DNA of 64,000 nt from an uncultured Oscillospiraceae bacterium (GCA_964498005.1 CAZCFU010000001.1:9374-73373), one strand, 5' to 3'. Numbered from the stretch's first letter, positions 16,802-26,651 are shown. Notes: a model not told the origin generated them from the sequence alone. Made by a program: numbers and translations.

Positions 16802-17008
16802 ATGAGCGCGTATCGAATTTGCGAAGAGTGCGGCGCGGCGCTGGATCCCGGGGAGCGCTGCGACTGCCTCCCGGCGGCGCCGGTGAAGTTGATCCTGCCG
16901 GGGAGCGCCCAGGTCGGTACATATCTCCGGCACAAGCGGCTGCTGAATGAAAATTTCATGGAAGCGGGAACTTGTATCATTACGCTTAACAATGAGGCCG
17001 GCGCATGA
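16802..17008 (+). CDS. Zinc-ribbon phage hypothetical protein
   Basis: CEECGAALDPGERCDC. Confidence 0.6.
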   Translation: MSAYRICEECGAALDPGERCDCLPAAPVKLILPGSAQVGTYLRHKRLLNENFMEAGTCIITLNNEAGA

Positions 17009-17235
17009 GCTGGTGCAAATACTGCGGGGCGTGGATCGACTGGATCCAGCCGTCGAAGGGACGCCCCGTGCCGGTGGAGCCTCGGCCGGTGGTGGTTATG
17101 CCGGACTGCGGCACGGAGGATTTTATCACCGACGAGGGCGAGTGGATCAAGGGGAAGCGGACGCCGGCTGGTCCGGTGGGCGGAAACCTGGTAGCCTTTG
17201 TGCCCCATCGAAGATACTGCACTGGGCGGCGCTAG
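17005..17235 (+). CDS. Zinc-binding phage hypothetical protein
   Basis: CKYCGAWIDWI...PHRRYC. Confidence 0.6.
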   Translation: MSWCKYCGAWIDWIQPSKGRPVPVEPRPVVVMPDCGTEDFITDEGEWIKGKRTPAGPVGGNLVAFVPHRRYCTGRR

Positions 17236-17252
17236 AAAGGAGGACGGCAGTC

Positions 17253-17510
17253 ATGACAAAGCAAGAGAAACTGAACAATCTGGACGCTGTGCGCAGTGTC
17301 GTGGAACGCGCGCCGGCGGTAGTGGAGTTTGCCCCTGAAACGATTTGGGAAGATCCATTCAGGGATCCGATGTCCGTCTGCGTCGAAAGCGGCATTGAGG
17401 TGTTTGAAGAGCCCGTGGGGCTCCTGCTCAGCACGGAGAACTTCAACTGGTTTGGATTTCTGTCTGGGGATGTTCTGGTGTATCAGGGTTTTCCGAGGGA
17501 AGGAGGCTGA
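17253..17510 (+). CDS. Phage hypothetical protein
   Basis: AAGGAGG RBS; resembles the next ORF. Confidence 0.55.
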   Translation: MTKQEKLNNLDAVRSVVERAPAVVEFAPETIWEDPFRDPMSVCVESGIEVFEEPVGLLLSTENFNWFGFLSGDVLVYQGFPREGG

Positions 17511-17514
17511 CGAC

Positions 17515-17769
17515 ATGACAACAAAACGAGGAGCGGCCATTTTGCGCGAAATTCTTGGCGTGATGGATAAGCTTCCGGAGGGCGTAGAAGTCTTGGACTT
17601 CCACACAGATGGAATTTTCCTGAACGGCAAAATCGACATCGAGGAGGCAGCCACCGCTCTGGGCGTGCCGTCTGTGGAGCGCAAGCCGGTGGAGTGGGAT
17701 GAGAATACCGTGAAAGCCTTTTTCTTGGCGGGAGATGTGATGGTGTATACGTATGAGAAAAAGACTTGA
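17515..17769 (+). CDS. Phage hypothetical protein
   Basis: AAGGAGG RBS; ends FLAGDVMVY like the preceding ORF (FLSGDVLVY). Confidence 0.55.
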   Translation: MTTKRGAAILREILGVMDKLPEGVEVLDFHTDGIFLNGKIDIEEAATALGVPSVERKPVEWDENTVKAFFLAGDVMVYTYEKKT

Positions 17770-18292
17770 CGACCTGCTCTCTGCCATGATGTTGGTGGCG
17801 CTGGCGTGTTGGGTACTGTTCTTCGACATTGCCTCAGCGGGCGAGACCGCACCCATCCCAATGGCTCAGGTCTGTATCGAGCTGCCCGCGCCGGAGCCTG
17901 AACCCTCGGAGGAGATCCAGATGAGCATTTGCGATCCCGCTATCCCGCTGAGCGCGGAGCTCCAGGCGGTGCTTTTTGAAGCCTGCGCGGAAAACGATGT
18001 GCCCGTGGCGCTGGCCCTGGGCGTGATCGAGGTGGAGAGCTGTTTCCTGGCGGACGCGGTGAGCCCGGAGGGGTGTTACGGGCTGATGCAGCTCAATCCC
18101 AAGTATTTCCCGGACGGGCTTTCCCCGGCGGACAACCTGCGGGCCGGGATCGAATATCTGGGCCGCCTGCTGGGGCAGTACGGCGACCCAGCGGCGGCCC
18201 TCACGGCATACAACGCCGGATATGACACCGGCAGGCGGGCGTATGCGAACGCCGTCCTGGCTGCCGCGGAATGGTGGGCGGCCAAAAATTGA
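17753..18292 (+). CDS. Membrane-anchored lytic transglycosylase (SLT domain)
   Basis: N-terminal TM, IEVES catalytic Glu, GLMQL, AYNAG motifs. Confidence 0.85.
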   Translation: MRKRLDDLLSAMMLVALACWVLFFDIASAGETAPIPMAQVCIELPAPEPEPSEEIQMSICDPAIPLSAELQAVLFEACAENDVPVALALGVIEVESCFLADAVSPEGCYGLMQLNPKYFPDGLSPADNLRAGIEYLGRLLGQYGDPAAALTAYNAGYDTGRRAYANAVLAAAEWWAAKN

Positions 18293-18321
18293 CCCTGCAT
18301 AGGGGGAAAGGAATAATTAAG

Positions 18322-19419
18322 ATGGAGCATACCGAATTGATGGAACAAAACGGCGCCCTCCCCGGCGAGCGGGAGGAGGAACGGCTGAGCCTGCTGGCGG
18401 TCAACATCCGGGCCCGGAAGCAGCAGGTGGCGCGGGACAACCTGCTGGCGGCGATCGATATTGGCCGCTGGCTGACCGAGGCCAAGGTCATGGTGCCTCA
18501 TGGGGAGTGGGGCGAGTGGCTGAAGCGGGAGGTGGATTACTCCCAGTCTACGGCGCAGAACCTGATGCGGATCTACCGGGAGTGCGGGGACGAGCAGGAG
18601 AGCCTGTTCGGGCCGTCAAAAGCCCAGGCGCTTGGGGATTTGAGCCCCACCAAGGTGCTGCAGCTGCTCACTCTGCCGGAGGGCCCCGAGCGGGACGAGT
18701 TCATGGAGACCCACGACGTGGCGGCCATGTCCTCACGGGAGCTGGATCGGGCACTGAAGGAGCTTGACGAGGCCAAGAAAACTGCGGAGCAGGCCAAGGC
18801 TGAGCAGTCCGCCGCCGAGCAGGCACGGCAAAAAATGGAGCAGGACATGGCTATGGCCAATGAGCGCATCGAGGGGCTGAATGCTGAGGTGGAGGAGCAG
18901 TCCGCCAAAGCCAGGGAGGCCCAGGAGGAGTCCGCCCGCCTGACGGCGGAGCTGGAGGAGCTGCGCTCCCGCCCGGTGGAGGTGGCGGTGGAGGTCGACG
19001 CCGCCGCCGTGGAGGCCGCCTGGAAGGAGGCCGAGGCGGCGATGCGGGCCAAGCTGGACAGGGCGAAGAAGGATCAGGTCAAGGCGGAAGAGGCCCGGAA
19101 GGCCGCCGAGGAGGCCAAGGCCAAGGCTCAGCGGGAGCTGGAGCAGGCCCGGGCGGAGGCCCAGGCCGCGCTAGAGAAGGCTGTGGCCGAGGGTCAGGCT
19201 GTCCGGGAGCGGGCGGAAAAGGCGGAGAAGCGGGCGGCTATGGCTGGCAATGAGGATATGGCGCTGTTCCGCACTCTGTTCGATCAGGTGCAGGAGACGG
19301 TGAATAAAATGTCCGGAGTGCTGATGAAATTCAGAAGCAAGAACCCGCCGGTGGCGGAAAAGCTGTCCGAGGCTCTGTTGGCCCTGAGTGAGAAGGTGAA
19401 GGAGGCGGCTGAGGGATGA
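18322..19419 (+). CDS. DUF3102-like protein with long coiled coil
   Basis: IGRWLTEAKVMVPHGEWGEWL...SQSTAQNLMRI signature. Confidence 0.8.
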   Translation: MEHTELMEQNGALPGEREEERLSLLAVNIRARKQQVARDNLLAAIDIGRWLTEAKVMVPHGEWGEWLKREVDYSQSTAQNLMRIYRECGDEQESLFGPSKAQALGDLSPTKVLQLLTLPEGPERDEFMETHDVAAMSSRELDRALKELDEAKKTAEQAKAEQSAAEQARQKMEQDMAMANERIEGLNAEVEEQSAKAREAQEESARLTAELEELRSRPVEVAVEVDAAAVEAAWKEAEAAMRAKLDRAKKDQVKAEEARKAAEEAKAKAQRELEQARAEAQAALEKAVAEGQAVRERAEKAEKRAAMAGNEDMALFRTLFDQVQETVNKMSGVLMKFRSKNPPVAEKLSEALLALSEKVKEAAEG

Positions 19420-19796
19420 ACGAATGGTATGAGCAGGCAAAAAGTAAACTGGAGGCTGAGAAAAAGGCCGGCAGCTACGACAGATACGCCAATGCCATGA
19501 AAGACGCCGTGTGTGAAGCTCTGGACGATTTCTGCCGGCAGGACAGGGAGTTTGCCCAGGCGGTTGTCCAGGGCGGTACCTTCGAGGACTGTATGAAAGC
19601 GGTTGCCAAGAAATGCGGCAGTTCGATCTCCGACCTGGAGGCGTTCCGCCGGGCGGTGCGGTTCTACTTCCCCGGCGCTGACGTGAAGTTCCACATGACG
19701 GTCAATCTCTGCGCCGATGCGGGGGCCGAGGCTGCGGACACGGCACAGACAGCCAGCGCCGCCCCCAAAATTATAATCCTGGACGACTTTCTGTAA
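19416..19796 (+). CDS. PcfK-like protein
   Basis: Position immediately before a PcfJ-like gene; CMKAV...ISDLEAFRRAVRFYF pattern. Confidence 0.55.
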   Translation: MNEWYEQAKSKLEAEKKAGSYDRYANAMKDAVCEALDDFCRQDREFAQAVVQGGTFEDCMKAVAKKCGSSISDLEAFRRAVRFYFPGADVKFHMTVNLCADAGAEAADTAQTASAAPKIIILDDFL

Positions 19797-19808
19797 GGGG
19801 GCGGCGTC

Positions 19809-21767
19809 GTGAAAATCGACAAGAAGATCCGCGCCATGCCATGGCCGGAGCCCTATCACGGGGGCCAGCAGGGCTTTGCCGTCGCGCTGGCGTGGCCAGT
19901 GGTTGAGGGGGAGCGGATACTGGTTGCGGATTTCGTCCGGAACGTAGACCAAGCTAAGCTGTGGGTGTCCTACGGGCCGGATTTTCGGCTGGTGTGTTCT
20001 AAAAAGCAAAAACGTGCGGCCGTGCTGTACCGGGGAGCGAGGATGCCCAAACGGCACAACTTGCATCAAGCCATGGCCGGCTTCGGTTATGGTGGGGGAA
20101 GCGGCCCGGTCTGCGGCTACCCGGAAATCGGCGAAAAGGACGAGCGGGCGCTGCTGCGCTGGCTGGGCGTCCGGGAGACAGCCAACCACGGCCTGCCGGA
20201 GCTGGCGGCCTGGACGGCGGAGGCTGTCGACGCGGAAGATCTGGCCGTGAAGGACGCCCGGGGAGAGCTGCGGGATGAGGATGTGTACCTGTGCCCGGAG
20301 GAGCTGCCCCAAGGGCTGGAGGAGTTTATCCGGCGGTCCGTCCTGCCCGAGGACAGGGTGCTGCTCTACAAAAAAGACAACGTCCGGGGCACCTGCTTCC
20401 AGTGCCGGCAGCAGGTGCGCGCCATGCCATGGCGGCGTTTCCGGCCGCATGAGGGGGTCACCTGCCCCAACTGTGGAGCCGCGGTGCTGGCGCTTCTGGA
20501 TACCAGCGACAGGTTCAAAGTTAACTATGTGCAGAACATAGTCAGCCTGCAGAAGGGTACGGACGGGGCCACGGTATTCCTGCGCCAGTGGCACCTGCTG
20601 CGGGATCGCGCCGCCCAGTGGGCAGACATTCCAGGCCAGCTTCAGGAGGTAGCTCGCTACGCCGTCCGGGGAGGCCGGGCGGCCAAGTGGCAGCGGGAGG
20701 CCAAGGAAAACTATATGATGAATACTTTCCGCTACAAGCTGGATGATTGGACGCGGATGCGCAATGTCAGCGAGGTATACGACGGGTCGTACTCATTCCA
20801 TCTGCCGCCGGATTGGCAGGAGCAGGTAGAGAGTACGTGTCTGCGGTACGTGGATCTGGAGGGATTCATGGCGGCGAAGGAGAATAAGAACCCCGTCCGC
20901 TTCCTGCTGGACTGGGCGCGGTACCCGGCAGTGGAGAAGCTGTGGAAAGCGGGATACACCGAAGCGGTGCTGGAGCATACCGTATGGGCAAAAAAGGAGC
21001 ACCAAAAGGCGGTGAACTGGAAGAAGGACAGCATCCGGGAGGCCATTTATTTTCCCATGCGGATCCTGAAGACCTGGCCGGCGGCGGAATGGACTATGGA
21101 TCGGTTCCTGCGGGCCAGGCGGGTGTGGGCGCTGGTGGAGGAAGGGCGCGTCCGAGAGGGGGAGGCGGCGCAGCTGCTGGCGGCCGACGCCGACCTTGAA
21201 CACATCCAAGGTGCCTTGGGCCACGCGTCCCTGGGCAGAGTGCTGCGCTACATACAGGGACGGAATGCGCAGACTTATCGGGACTATCTGCGGGACTGTG
21301 AGGCGCTGGAGCTGGATCTGGATGACCGGGCGGTGCTGTTCCCGCCAAATCTGGAGGCGGCGCACCAGCGGACGATCAGCCAGGTGGAGTACAAAAAGAA
21401 CAAGGCCAAGTGGGACGCCTTTGACAAGCGGTTGGGCGGACTGCAAAAGCTGGCCTGGGCGGCGGACGGGCTGCTGATCCGCCCGCCGGCGGACGCCGGG
21501 GAGCTGATTGCCGAGGGTCAGGCGCTCCACCACTGCGTGGGCGGCTATGTAGACAGAATGGCCCGGGGCGAGACAGTGATCCTGCTGATCCGCAGGGAAG
21601 ATGCGCCGGACAAGCCGTACTACACGCTGGAGTGGAAGGATGATCGGGTAATCCAGTGCCGGACCAACAACAACAAATCCTACGAGATGGATCCGCTGGT
21701 GGCGGCGTTTGTGGAGCGGTGGGTGGCCCGCGTGACGAAAAAGGGCAGGCGGAAGAAGGCGGCGTGA
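19809..21767 (+). CDS. PcfJ-domain protein
   Basis: YRDYL...LFPPNLEAAH, EGQALHHCVGGY, PYYTLE motifs. Confidence 0.85.
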   Translation: MKIDKKIRAMPWPEPYHGGQQGFAVALAWPVVEGERILVADFVRNVDQAKLWVSYGPDFRLVCSKKQKRAAVLYRGARMPKRHNLHQAMAGFGYGGGSGPVCGYPEIGEKDERALLRWLGVRETANHGLPELAAWTAEAVDAEDLAVKDARGELRDEDVYLCPEELPQGLEEFIRRSVLPEDRVLLYKKDNVRGTCFQCRQQVRAMPWRRFRPHEGVTCPNCGAAVLALLDTSDRFKVNYVQNIVSLQKGTDGATVFLRQWHLLRDRAAQWADIPGQLQEVARYAVRGGRAAKWQREAKENYMMNTFRYKLDDWTRMRNVSEVYDGSYSFHLPPDWQEQVESTCLRYVDLEGFMAAKENKNPVRFLLDWARYPAVEKLWKAGYTEAVLEHTVWAKKEHQKAVNWKKDSIREAIYFPMRILKTWPAAEWTMDRFLRARRVWALVEEGRVREGEAAQLLAADADLEHIQGALGHASLGRVLRYIQGRNAQTYRDYLRDCEALELDLDDRAVLFPPNLEAAHQRTISQVEYKKNKAKWDAFDKRLGGLQKLAWAADGLLIRPPADAGELIAEGQALHHCVGGYVDRMARGETVILLIRREDAPDKPYYTLEWKDDRVIQCRTNNNKSYEMDPLVAAFVERWVARVTKKGRRKKAA

Positions 21768-21992
21768 GAGGGACCAAAGAAAAGCCGCCCCGGTTTCCGG
21801 GGCGGCGAGTCAGGGCTGATCCTCCCGGTCTGCCGGGTGGGGCTGGGTGTGCTCCTGAATTTTGGGTGCCGCAAGCGGGATTTTTTTGATTATGCCAGAT
21901 GAAAAATCTTCATGTCATAAAATGATTTCAATCTTCATAGAAACATCCATTTTGATATGCTTTGGGGCATAAATGCAGGATTGGAGGTAACG

Positions 21993-22628
21993 ATGGAAAG
22001 GCTGACTAAGCGCGGAACACGGAAAAATGGCTATGTCTCTGCTATCGGCTCCGGTGTCGGGTGCTGGGAGAAGATCATTGACCGCCTCGCCGCCTATGAG
22101 GATACCGGCCTGGAGCCGAATGACGTCACCGATCTGATGGCTGCGCATGGAACGGCTATTGGGAAACTGGCAGAATACCGTGCGATGGAGGAAAAGCGGG
22201 CTCCGAAGTGCTACAGCGAAGACGTAGGTGGCGGATGCAGATATCTGGTGAACGATGGAGACGATGAGCCAATCGCCAAGTGCAAACGGTGTCCATTATG
22301 CCATGTCGATAAGCAGCGCCACCAGTCGCCGTCTAACGCCCCGCTGACCCTGGAGGAGCTGCGGGAGATGGACGAGGGCTGGATATGGATCGAGTTGCTG
22401 GTACCGATTTATGGCGCTGGTTCTGGCTATTATCTCAAAAAACCTTTATTTTCAACTGAAGACAAATTGTGCGCAGGCTATCCAGGTATGGTGGCGATGG
22501 AGCCTTTATATTCTGGATATGGCGAAATCTGGTTAGCCTACCGCCGCAAGCCGGAGGCGTTAGGCGGCGAAGCCGCCCCAGCCCTAAGCGGGCCGGAGGC
22601 CCGCCCACAGGAGGGGGAGAGTACATGA
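21993..22628 (+). CDS. Phage hypothetical protein
   Basis: MERLT...RLAAYEDTGLEP and PLTLEELREM segments common in clostridial phage early genes. Confidence 0.65.
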   Translation: MERLTKRGTRKNGYVSAIGSGVGCWEKIIDRLAAYEDTGLEPNDVTDLMAAHGTAIGKLAEYRAMEEKRAPKCYSEDVGGGCRYLVNDGDDEPIAKCKRCPLCHVDKQRHQSPSNAPLTLEELREMDEGWIWIELLVPIYGAGSGYYLKKPLFSTEDKLCAGYPGMVAMEPLYSGYGEIWLAYRRKPEALGGEAAPALSGPEARPQEGEST

Positions 22629-23539
22629 ATAATGATGAGCGCGTCCTTATCCGGTATATATGTGACGGAGATATGCGGCGGGCGCAGATGCAGGCCAGAA
22701 GTATCTTGAACGCAATTTCGTCCCAAAGGGATGCCGCTTTCCGGGACGATATGCTCCGCCGAATGACAAGGGCGCAGAAAGGCTTCGTGGAACTGCCTCA
22801 GAATCTCAAAGGTCTTTTGGCGGTCGAGGACTCTGCCGCTTTTCCAGATGAAAAGTTCCTGATCCGCAAAACGGAGATGGAGGCGGCGGAGAAAACCATA
22901 TCCCTTTATCGTGCGGCCAAACGTCTTTCGGATATGGGTATTCCCTATATGCCTGCCCTCATGCTGTACGGAGAGAGCGGCTGCGGGAAAACAGAGCTGG
23001 CCCGGTACATAGCGCACAGAGCTGAATTACCGTTTGCCTATGTCCGTTTTTCGTGTGTCGTAGATGCTCACTTGGGCGGAACCCAGTCAAACGTAGCGAG
23101 GATTTTTGAATATGTCCGCTCCAACCCGTGTGTCTTATGTTTCGATGAAATTGACGCCATTGGGATGAGGCGGGGGCAGGCTCACGAACTTGGCGAAATG
23201 AGCCGTGTTGTGATAGCTGTGATGCAGGAGCTTGACCAGGCACTCAACAATGCAATCATCATCGGAACCACCAATCGTTTTGACCAGCTTGATCCGGCCC
23301 TTGTGCGCAGGTTCCCCTTGCGGTATGAACTGGTTCCGCTATCTGCCGACGAGACGAAAGAGTTTGCGTATAAATTTTTCAAATATGTGGGGCTGGTTCC
23401 TGCTGACTGGTGGATAAATGGCTGGTGCAAAAGAACCTTTGAGGGGAACGTCCCCGCGGCAACCGTTGTGAGGGAATGTACGGATGTTGTCGTCAATCAC
23501 ATTTTGCGGGAGAACAGCGGGGAGGAGGCCATGTCATGA
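22625..23539 (+). CDS. AAA+ family ATPase
   Basis: YGESGCGKT Walker A, FDEIDAI Walker B, TNRFDQLDPALVRRF SRH. Confidence 0.88.
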   Translation: MNNDERVLIRYICDGDMRRAQMQARSILNAISSQRDAAFRDDMLRRMTRAQKGFVELPQNLKGLLAVEDSAAFPDEKFLIRKTEMEAAEKTISLYRAAKRLSDMGIPYMPALMLYGESGCGKTELARYIAHRAELPFAYVRFSCVVDAHLGGTQSNVARIFEYVRSNPCVLCFDEIDAIGMRRGQAHELGEMSRVVIAVMQELDQALNNAIIIGTTNRFDQLDPALVRRFPLRYELVPLSADETKEFAYKFFKYVGLVPADWWINGWCKRTFEGNVPAATVVRECTDVVVNHILRENSGEEAMS

Positions 23540-24111
23540 GCACAAAACCAATCCTATTCAACACCGACATGAAATCCATCCGTTTCCCGCCGCCCACCGC
23601 TGACGAGGAGATCCGCGCCATTCTAGCCAACCGCAAGACGGCGACGCGGCGTGCAGTAAAGGAGCCGTACTATATTGATGATGCAGAGGCAAGCCGGGTG
23701 TCTGGGCTTGCCATACATCGCGGAACCAGGATGACGGACGGAATGCCATATCCGCACCAGCCCTACCGCCCCGGCGACATCCTGTATGTGCGGGAGGCGT
23801 GGACGATGTTGCTTGGCTCGTATCTTTACAGGGCAAATCAGAGGCCGGGCATGAAAAATCCTGGTAAGTGGCTCCCCTCCATCCATATGCCCCGCGAGGC
23901 CGCGCGGATTTTCCTACGAGTGATGGGTGTGAGGGTGGAGCAGCTGTACGCTATCACCGGGAAGCAGGCAAGGGCCGAAGGATTTTTAACGAGGGACGCA
24001 TTTATCAGGGCGTTTTTGACTATGTACCCGGATTGTACTGTGAAAAGCTGGGTCTGGGTCATTGAGTTTGAACGGATCAGCAAGGAGGAGGCAGAAAACC
24101 ATGGCTATTAA
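23536..24111 (+). CDS. Phage protein (ASCH/PUA-like)
   Basis: KPILFNT, RKTATRR, GDILYVRE, PSIHMPREAARIFL, WVWVIEF. Confidence 0.7.
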   Translation: MSTKPILFNTDMKSIRFPPPTADEEIRAILANRKTATRRAVKEPYYIDDAEASRVSGLAIHRGTRMTDGMPYPHQPYRPGDILYVREAWTMLLGSYLYRANQRPGMKNPGKWLPSIHMPREAARIFLRVMGVRVEQLYAITGKQARAEGFLTRDAFIRAFLTMYPDCTVKSWVWVIEFERISKEEAENHGY

Positions 24112-24529
24112 GAATTACACCTCCGAGGTGGATGTACACAAGAGCCTGGGCGAGATCCAGGGGGCGCTGGCAAGCCACGGTGCACGGAAGATCATGGTGG
24201 ACTATGACGAGCGGGGCCAGCCGGACTGCGTGACTTTCGCTCTTTTAATGCCGGAAGGATTGCGGGGCTTCCGCCTTCCGGCCAATGTGGACGGGGTTCG
24301 GGCGGTGTTCGCCAAACAGAAGGTCAAGGTGGCGGACGGACAGGCGGAGCGCACGGCGTGGCGCAACGTGCGAGACTGGGTGCTGGCGCAGATGGCCATT
24401 ATCGAGGCCGGACAGGTGGAGGTGGATCAGGTATTTCTTCCTTACCTGACGGACAATCGGGGGCGGACACTGTACGAGGCGTACCGGGATGGACAGTTGG
24501 CCTTGGGCGGTAGGGAGCCCACCCCATGA
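24101..24529 (+). CDS. Conserved phage hypothetical protein
   Basis: MAIKNYT...AERTAWRNVRDW; RBS present. Confidence 0.7.
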   Translation: MAIKNYTSEVDVHKSLGEIQGALASHGARKIMVDYDERGQPDCVTFALLMPEGLRGFRLPANVDGVRAVFAKQKVKVADGQAERTAWRNVRDWVLAQMAIIEAGQVEVDQVFLPYLTDNRGRTLYEAYRDGQLALGGREPTP

Positions 24530-24936
24530 GCGGCGCGCTGCTGCACATCGCCGTGGATGACCTGGCGGTGGAGCCGCTGGGGGTAAAGGAGGCCGTCGTC
24601 ATGGCGCTGGAACATCTGGGCGGCGTCCGGGTGCTGGAGATACAGCTCCAGGAGCCGGAGCAGACGAGGATGGCGGGCGATGCCTTTGCCCCGTCAAAGC
24701 CCAGGCCCAGACCAGGGCCGAAACCCTCTCCGCCGCCACCGAGTGGACAAGCCCCCGTCCGCGGCTCTCGCCGTCCGCAGACGGCCATGGAGTGCTGCTT
24801 TAACTGCGCCCGCTACCGATCGGATCAGAACCGGGACGCAGATGGTAATCCGTATTGGGGCGTATGCGGGCGAACCGGGGAACCAGTGTACGAGATTGGA
24901 AAAAGATGTCCCGCCTGGGCGCGGCTCGGAGGATGA
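24526..24936 (+). CDS. Phage hypothetical protein
   Basis: Coupled ATGA overlap; GVKEAVVMALEHLG and Cys-rich tail. Confidence 0.55.
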   Translation: MSGALLHIAVDDLAVEPLGVKEAVVMALEHLGGVRVLEIQLQEPEQTRMAGDAFAPSKPRPRPGPKPSPPPPSGQAPVRGSRRPQTAMECCFNCARYRSDQNRDADGNPYWGVCGRTGEPVYEIGKRCPAWARLGG

Positions 24937-25071
24937 AAGGGGCGTGGAGCGCCATGGAAAAGAAAAAGCGGGGCCGTGCCCGCCCGGAGCGGGCTGCACG
25001 GCCAAGAAGCTGGTCAACGGCAGGAGCCGCCGAAAGGCGGGCGAGTGATTGCATATAAGGAGGGGGCCAAA

Positions 25072-25788
25072 ATGAAGCGGGTTAAGGTGCGCACGGATTC
25101 CGGGGTGGTCACTGAGCTGGTATACTACAACGTCTCCGACCGGGCGGACGTGAAAAAGGCCAAGCCGCCCCGCCCCCGTTTCAAGGACGAGGACGAGCGG
25201 GCGGCGTTCAACCTGGCCGTCGCCCGCCGCCGCCACGCCAGAACCGTCAACACCAACTTTGGCCCGACCTCCAAGTACAGCACACTCACCTTCAGCAATG
25301 ATTGCGAGGTACATACCTTCGAGGAAGCCCGGAAAGTCCGGGATAATTTTATCCGCCGCATCCTGTACCGCTGCCCCAAGGCCCGGATCATGATCTACAT
25401 GGGCCGGGGGAAGTCCACCCACCGCATCCATTTTCATATGCTGTCCGAGGGTGTGCCGGAGGCGTTGATCCGTGAGCTGTGGTACATGGGCGAGATCAAG
25501 CAGATCAAAAACCTGCGGAAGCACAACAAGTATAACGGCGTGGATCACGGCCCGGATTACACCGGGCTGGCCAATTACCTCTTTGACCACTGGACGCCGG
25601 AGCAGGGCGGCCGCCGTCGTTGGAAGCAGACCAAAAATCTGGTCAAGCCCGCGAAGGACAAGCCCGTGGGGGTAAAGCGGGAGTATTCGGAGAAGCGCCC
25701 GCCCCGTGCCCCCAAGGGCTACATATTGGTGGAGAGCAAGCAGACAAAATATGGATATTGCTATTTCAAATATGTGAGGAAGCCCTGA
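25072..25788 (+). CDS. HUH-family rolling-circle replication initiator-like protein
   Basis: Motif I STLTF, motif II IHFHML, motif III LANYL; AAGGAGG RBS. Confidence 0.75.
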   Translation: MKRVKVRTDSGVVTELVYYNVSDRADVKKAKPPRPRFKDEDERAAFNLAVARRRHARTVNTNFGPTSKYSTLTFSNDCEVHTFEEARKVRDNFIRRILYRCPKARIMIYMGRGKSTHRIHFHMLSEGVPEALIRELWYMGEIKQIKNLRKHNKYNGVDHGPDYTGLANYLFDHWTPEQGGRRRWKQTKNLVKPAKDKPVGVKREYSEKRPPRAPKGYILVESKQTKYGYCYFKYVRKP

Positions 25789-25907
25789 CCGGGCCCAATT
25801 ATTATAATGTATACGGCGCGCCACTCCCTGACGCCGGCGGGGAGGATCGGGCCTTTCCATAGCCTTGTAGATGTGTAACATATAGCGACGAAAGGGGAAA
25901 GAAAAGC

Positions 25908-26195
25908 ATGAGGGCGATGATAGACGGGAGGGTATACGACACAGACCGGGCGGAGGAGGCAGCCCGCTTCACGAGGCAGGTGGACATGGGCCCCCTGTTC
26001 TGCGGGGACGGCGGGCACTGGACGCCCAGCCATGAGTTTGTCCTGTACAGGACAGCCGGGGGCCTGTTCTTTGCCTATGACACAGAGGACGAGACCATTG
26101 CCGCCCTGACCAGGAAGGAGGCCCGGGCCATCCTGCGGGAGCAGGATCCGGACGGGGATGGGCAATCTTTGGCTGGGGAGCGTGAGGGCAGATGA
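25908..26195 (+). CDS. Phage hypothetical protein
   Basis: IDGRVYDT...LYRTAGGLFF pattern. Confidence 0.6.
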   Translation: MRAMIDGRVYDTDRAEEAARFTRQVDMGPLFCGDGGHWTPSHEFVLYRTAGGLFFAYDTEDETIAALTRKEARAILREQDPDGDGQSLAGEREGR

Positions 26196-26401
26196 CCAGC
26201 GCGTTTTCTCAAAATCTGCGGAGGCTGCGGGAGCGCAGGGGGATAAAGCGCAAAGTGCTGTCTGAGCTGTGCGGACTGTCCAAGAACATGATTTCCAGAT
26301 ACGAGCGGGGGGAGCGTGTACCTCCCAGTGATGTGCTGGAGCAGCTGGCCGATTTCTTTGGCGTGACCATGGGCGAGTTGTGGGGCCAGGAGAAAAAGTG
26401 A
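26192..26401 (+). CDS. XRE HTH regulator (possible late-gene regulator)
   Basis: LSELCGLSKNMISRYERGERVP; last early gene. Confidence 0.85.
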   Translation: MTSAFSQNLRRLRERRGIKRKVLSELCGLSKNMISRYERGERVPPSDVLEQLADFFGVTMGELWGQEKK

Positions 26402-26414
26402 AAAATTTTCAAAA

Positions 26415-26457
26415 CGCCCCCATTTGGGGGCGCGGTCTGTCATGGCCGTGCTACGAT
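26415..26457 (+). promoter_or_regulatory. Candidate late promoter with palindromic activator site
   Basis: CGCCCCC-ATTT-GGGGGCG (26415-26432) upstream of extended -10 TGCTACGAT. Confidence 0.4.
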
Positions 26458-26562
26458 AGGAGCGTGGAGGGCTCGCCATAACCTCCGCGCTCCGTCTTTC
26501 TCTCCTCCCTTCGGCTGGGGCGGCGGATACTCGCGTCCGCCGCCCGGAGCCGTGGGACTTAT

Positions 26563-26651
26563 GCCGCTGGAAGCTCAGCAGGTAGAGCAGCTTGCGAGAA
26601 GTGAGACCTGTCTCGCCGGTATTGTCGCCGGTTCGAATCCGGCCAGCGGCA
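26563..26651 (+). tRNA. tRNA-like element 1 (non-canonical; weak anticodon arm around CGA, long variable region, no CCA)
   Basis: GCCGCTG/CAGCGGC acceptor, GCTC-AGCAGGTA-GAGC D-arm, GCCGG-TTCGAAT-CCGGC T-arm. Confidence 0.6.
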
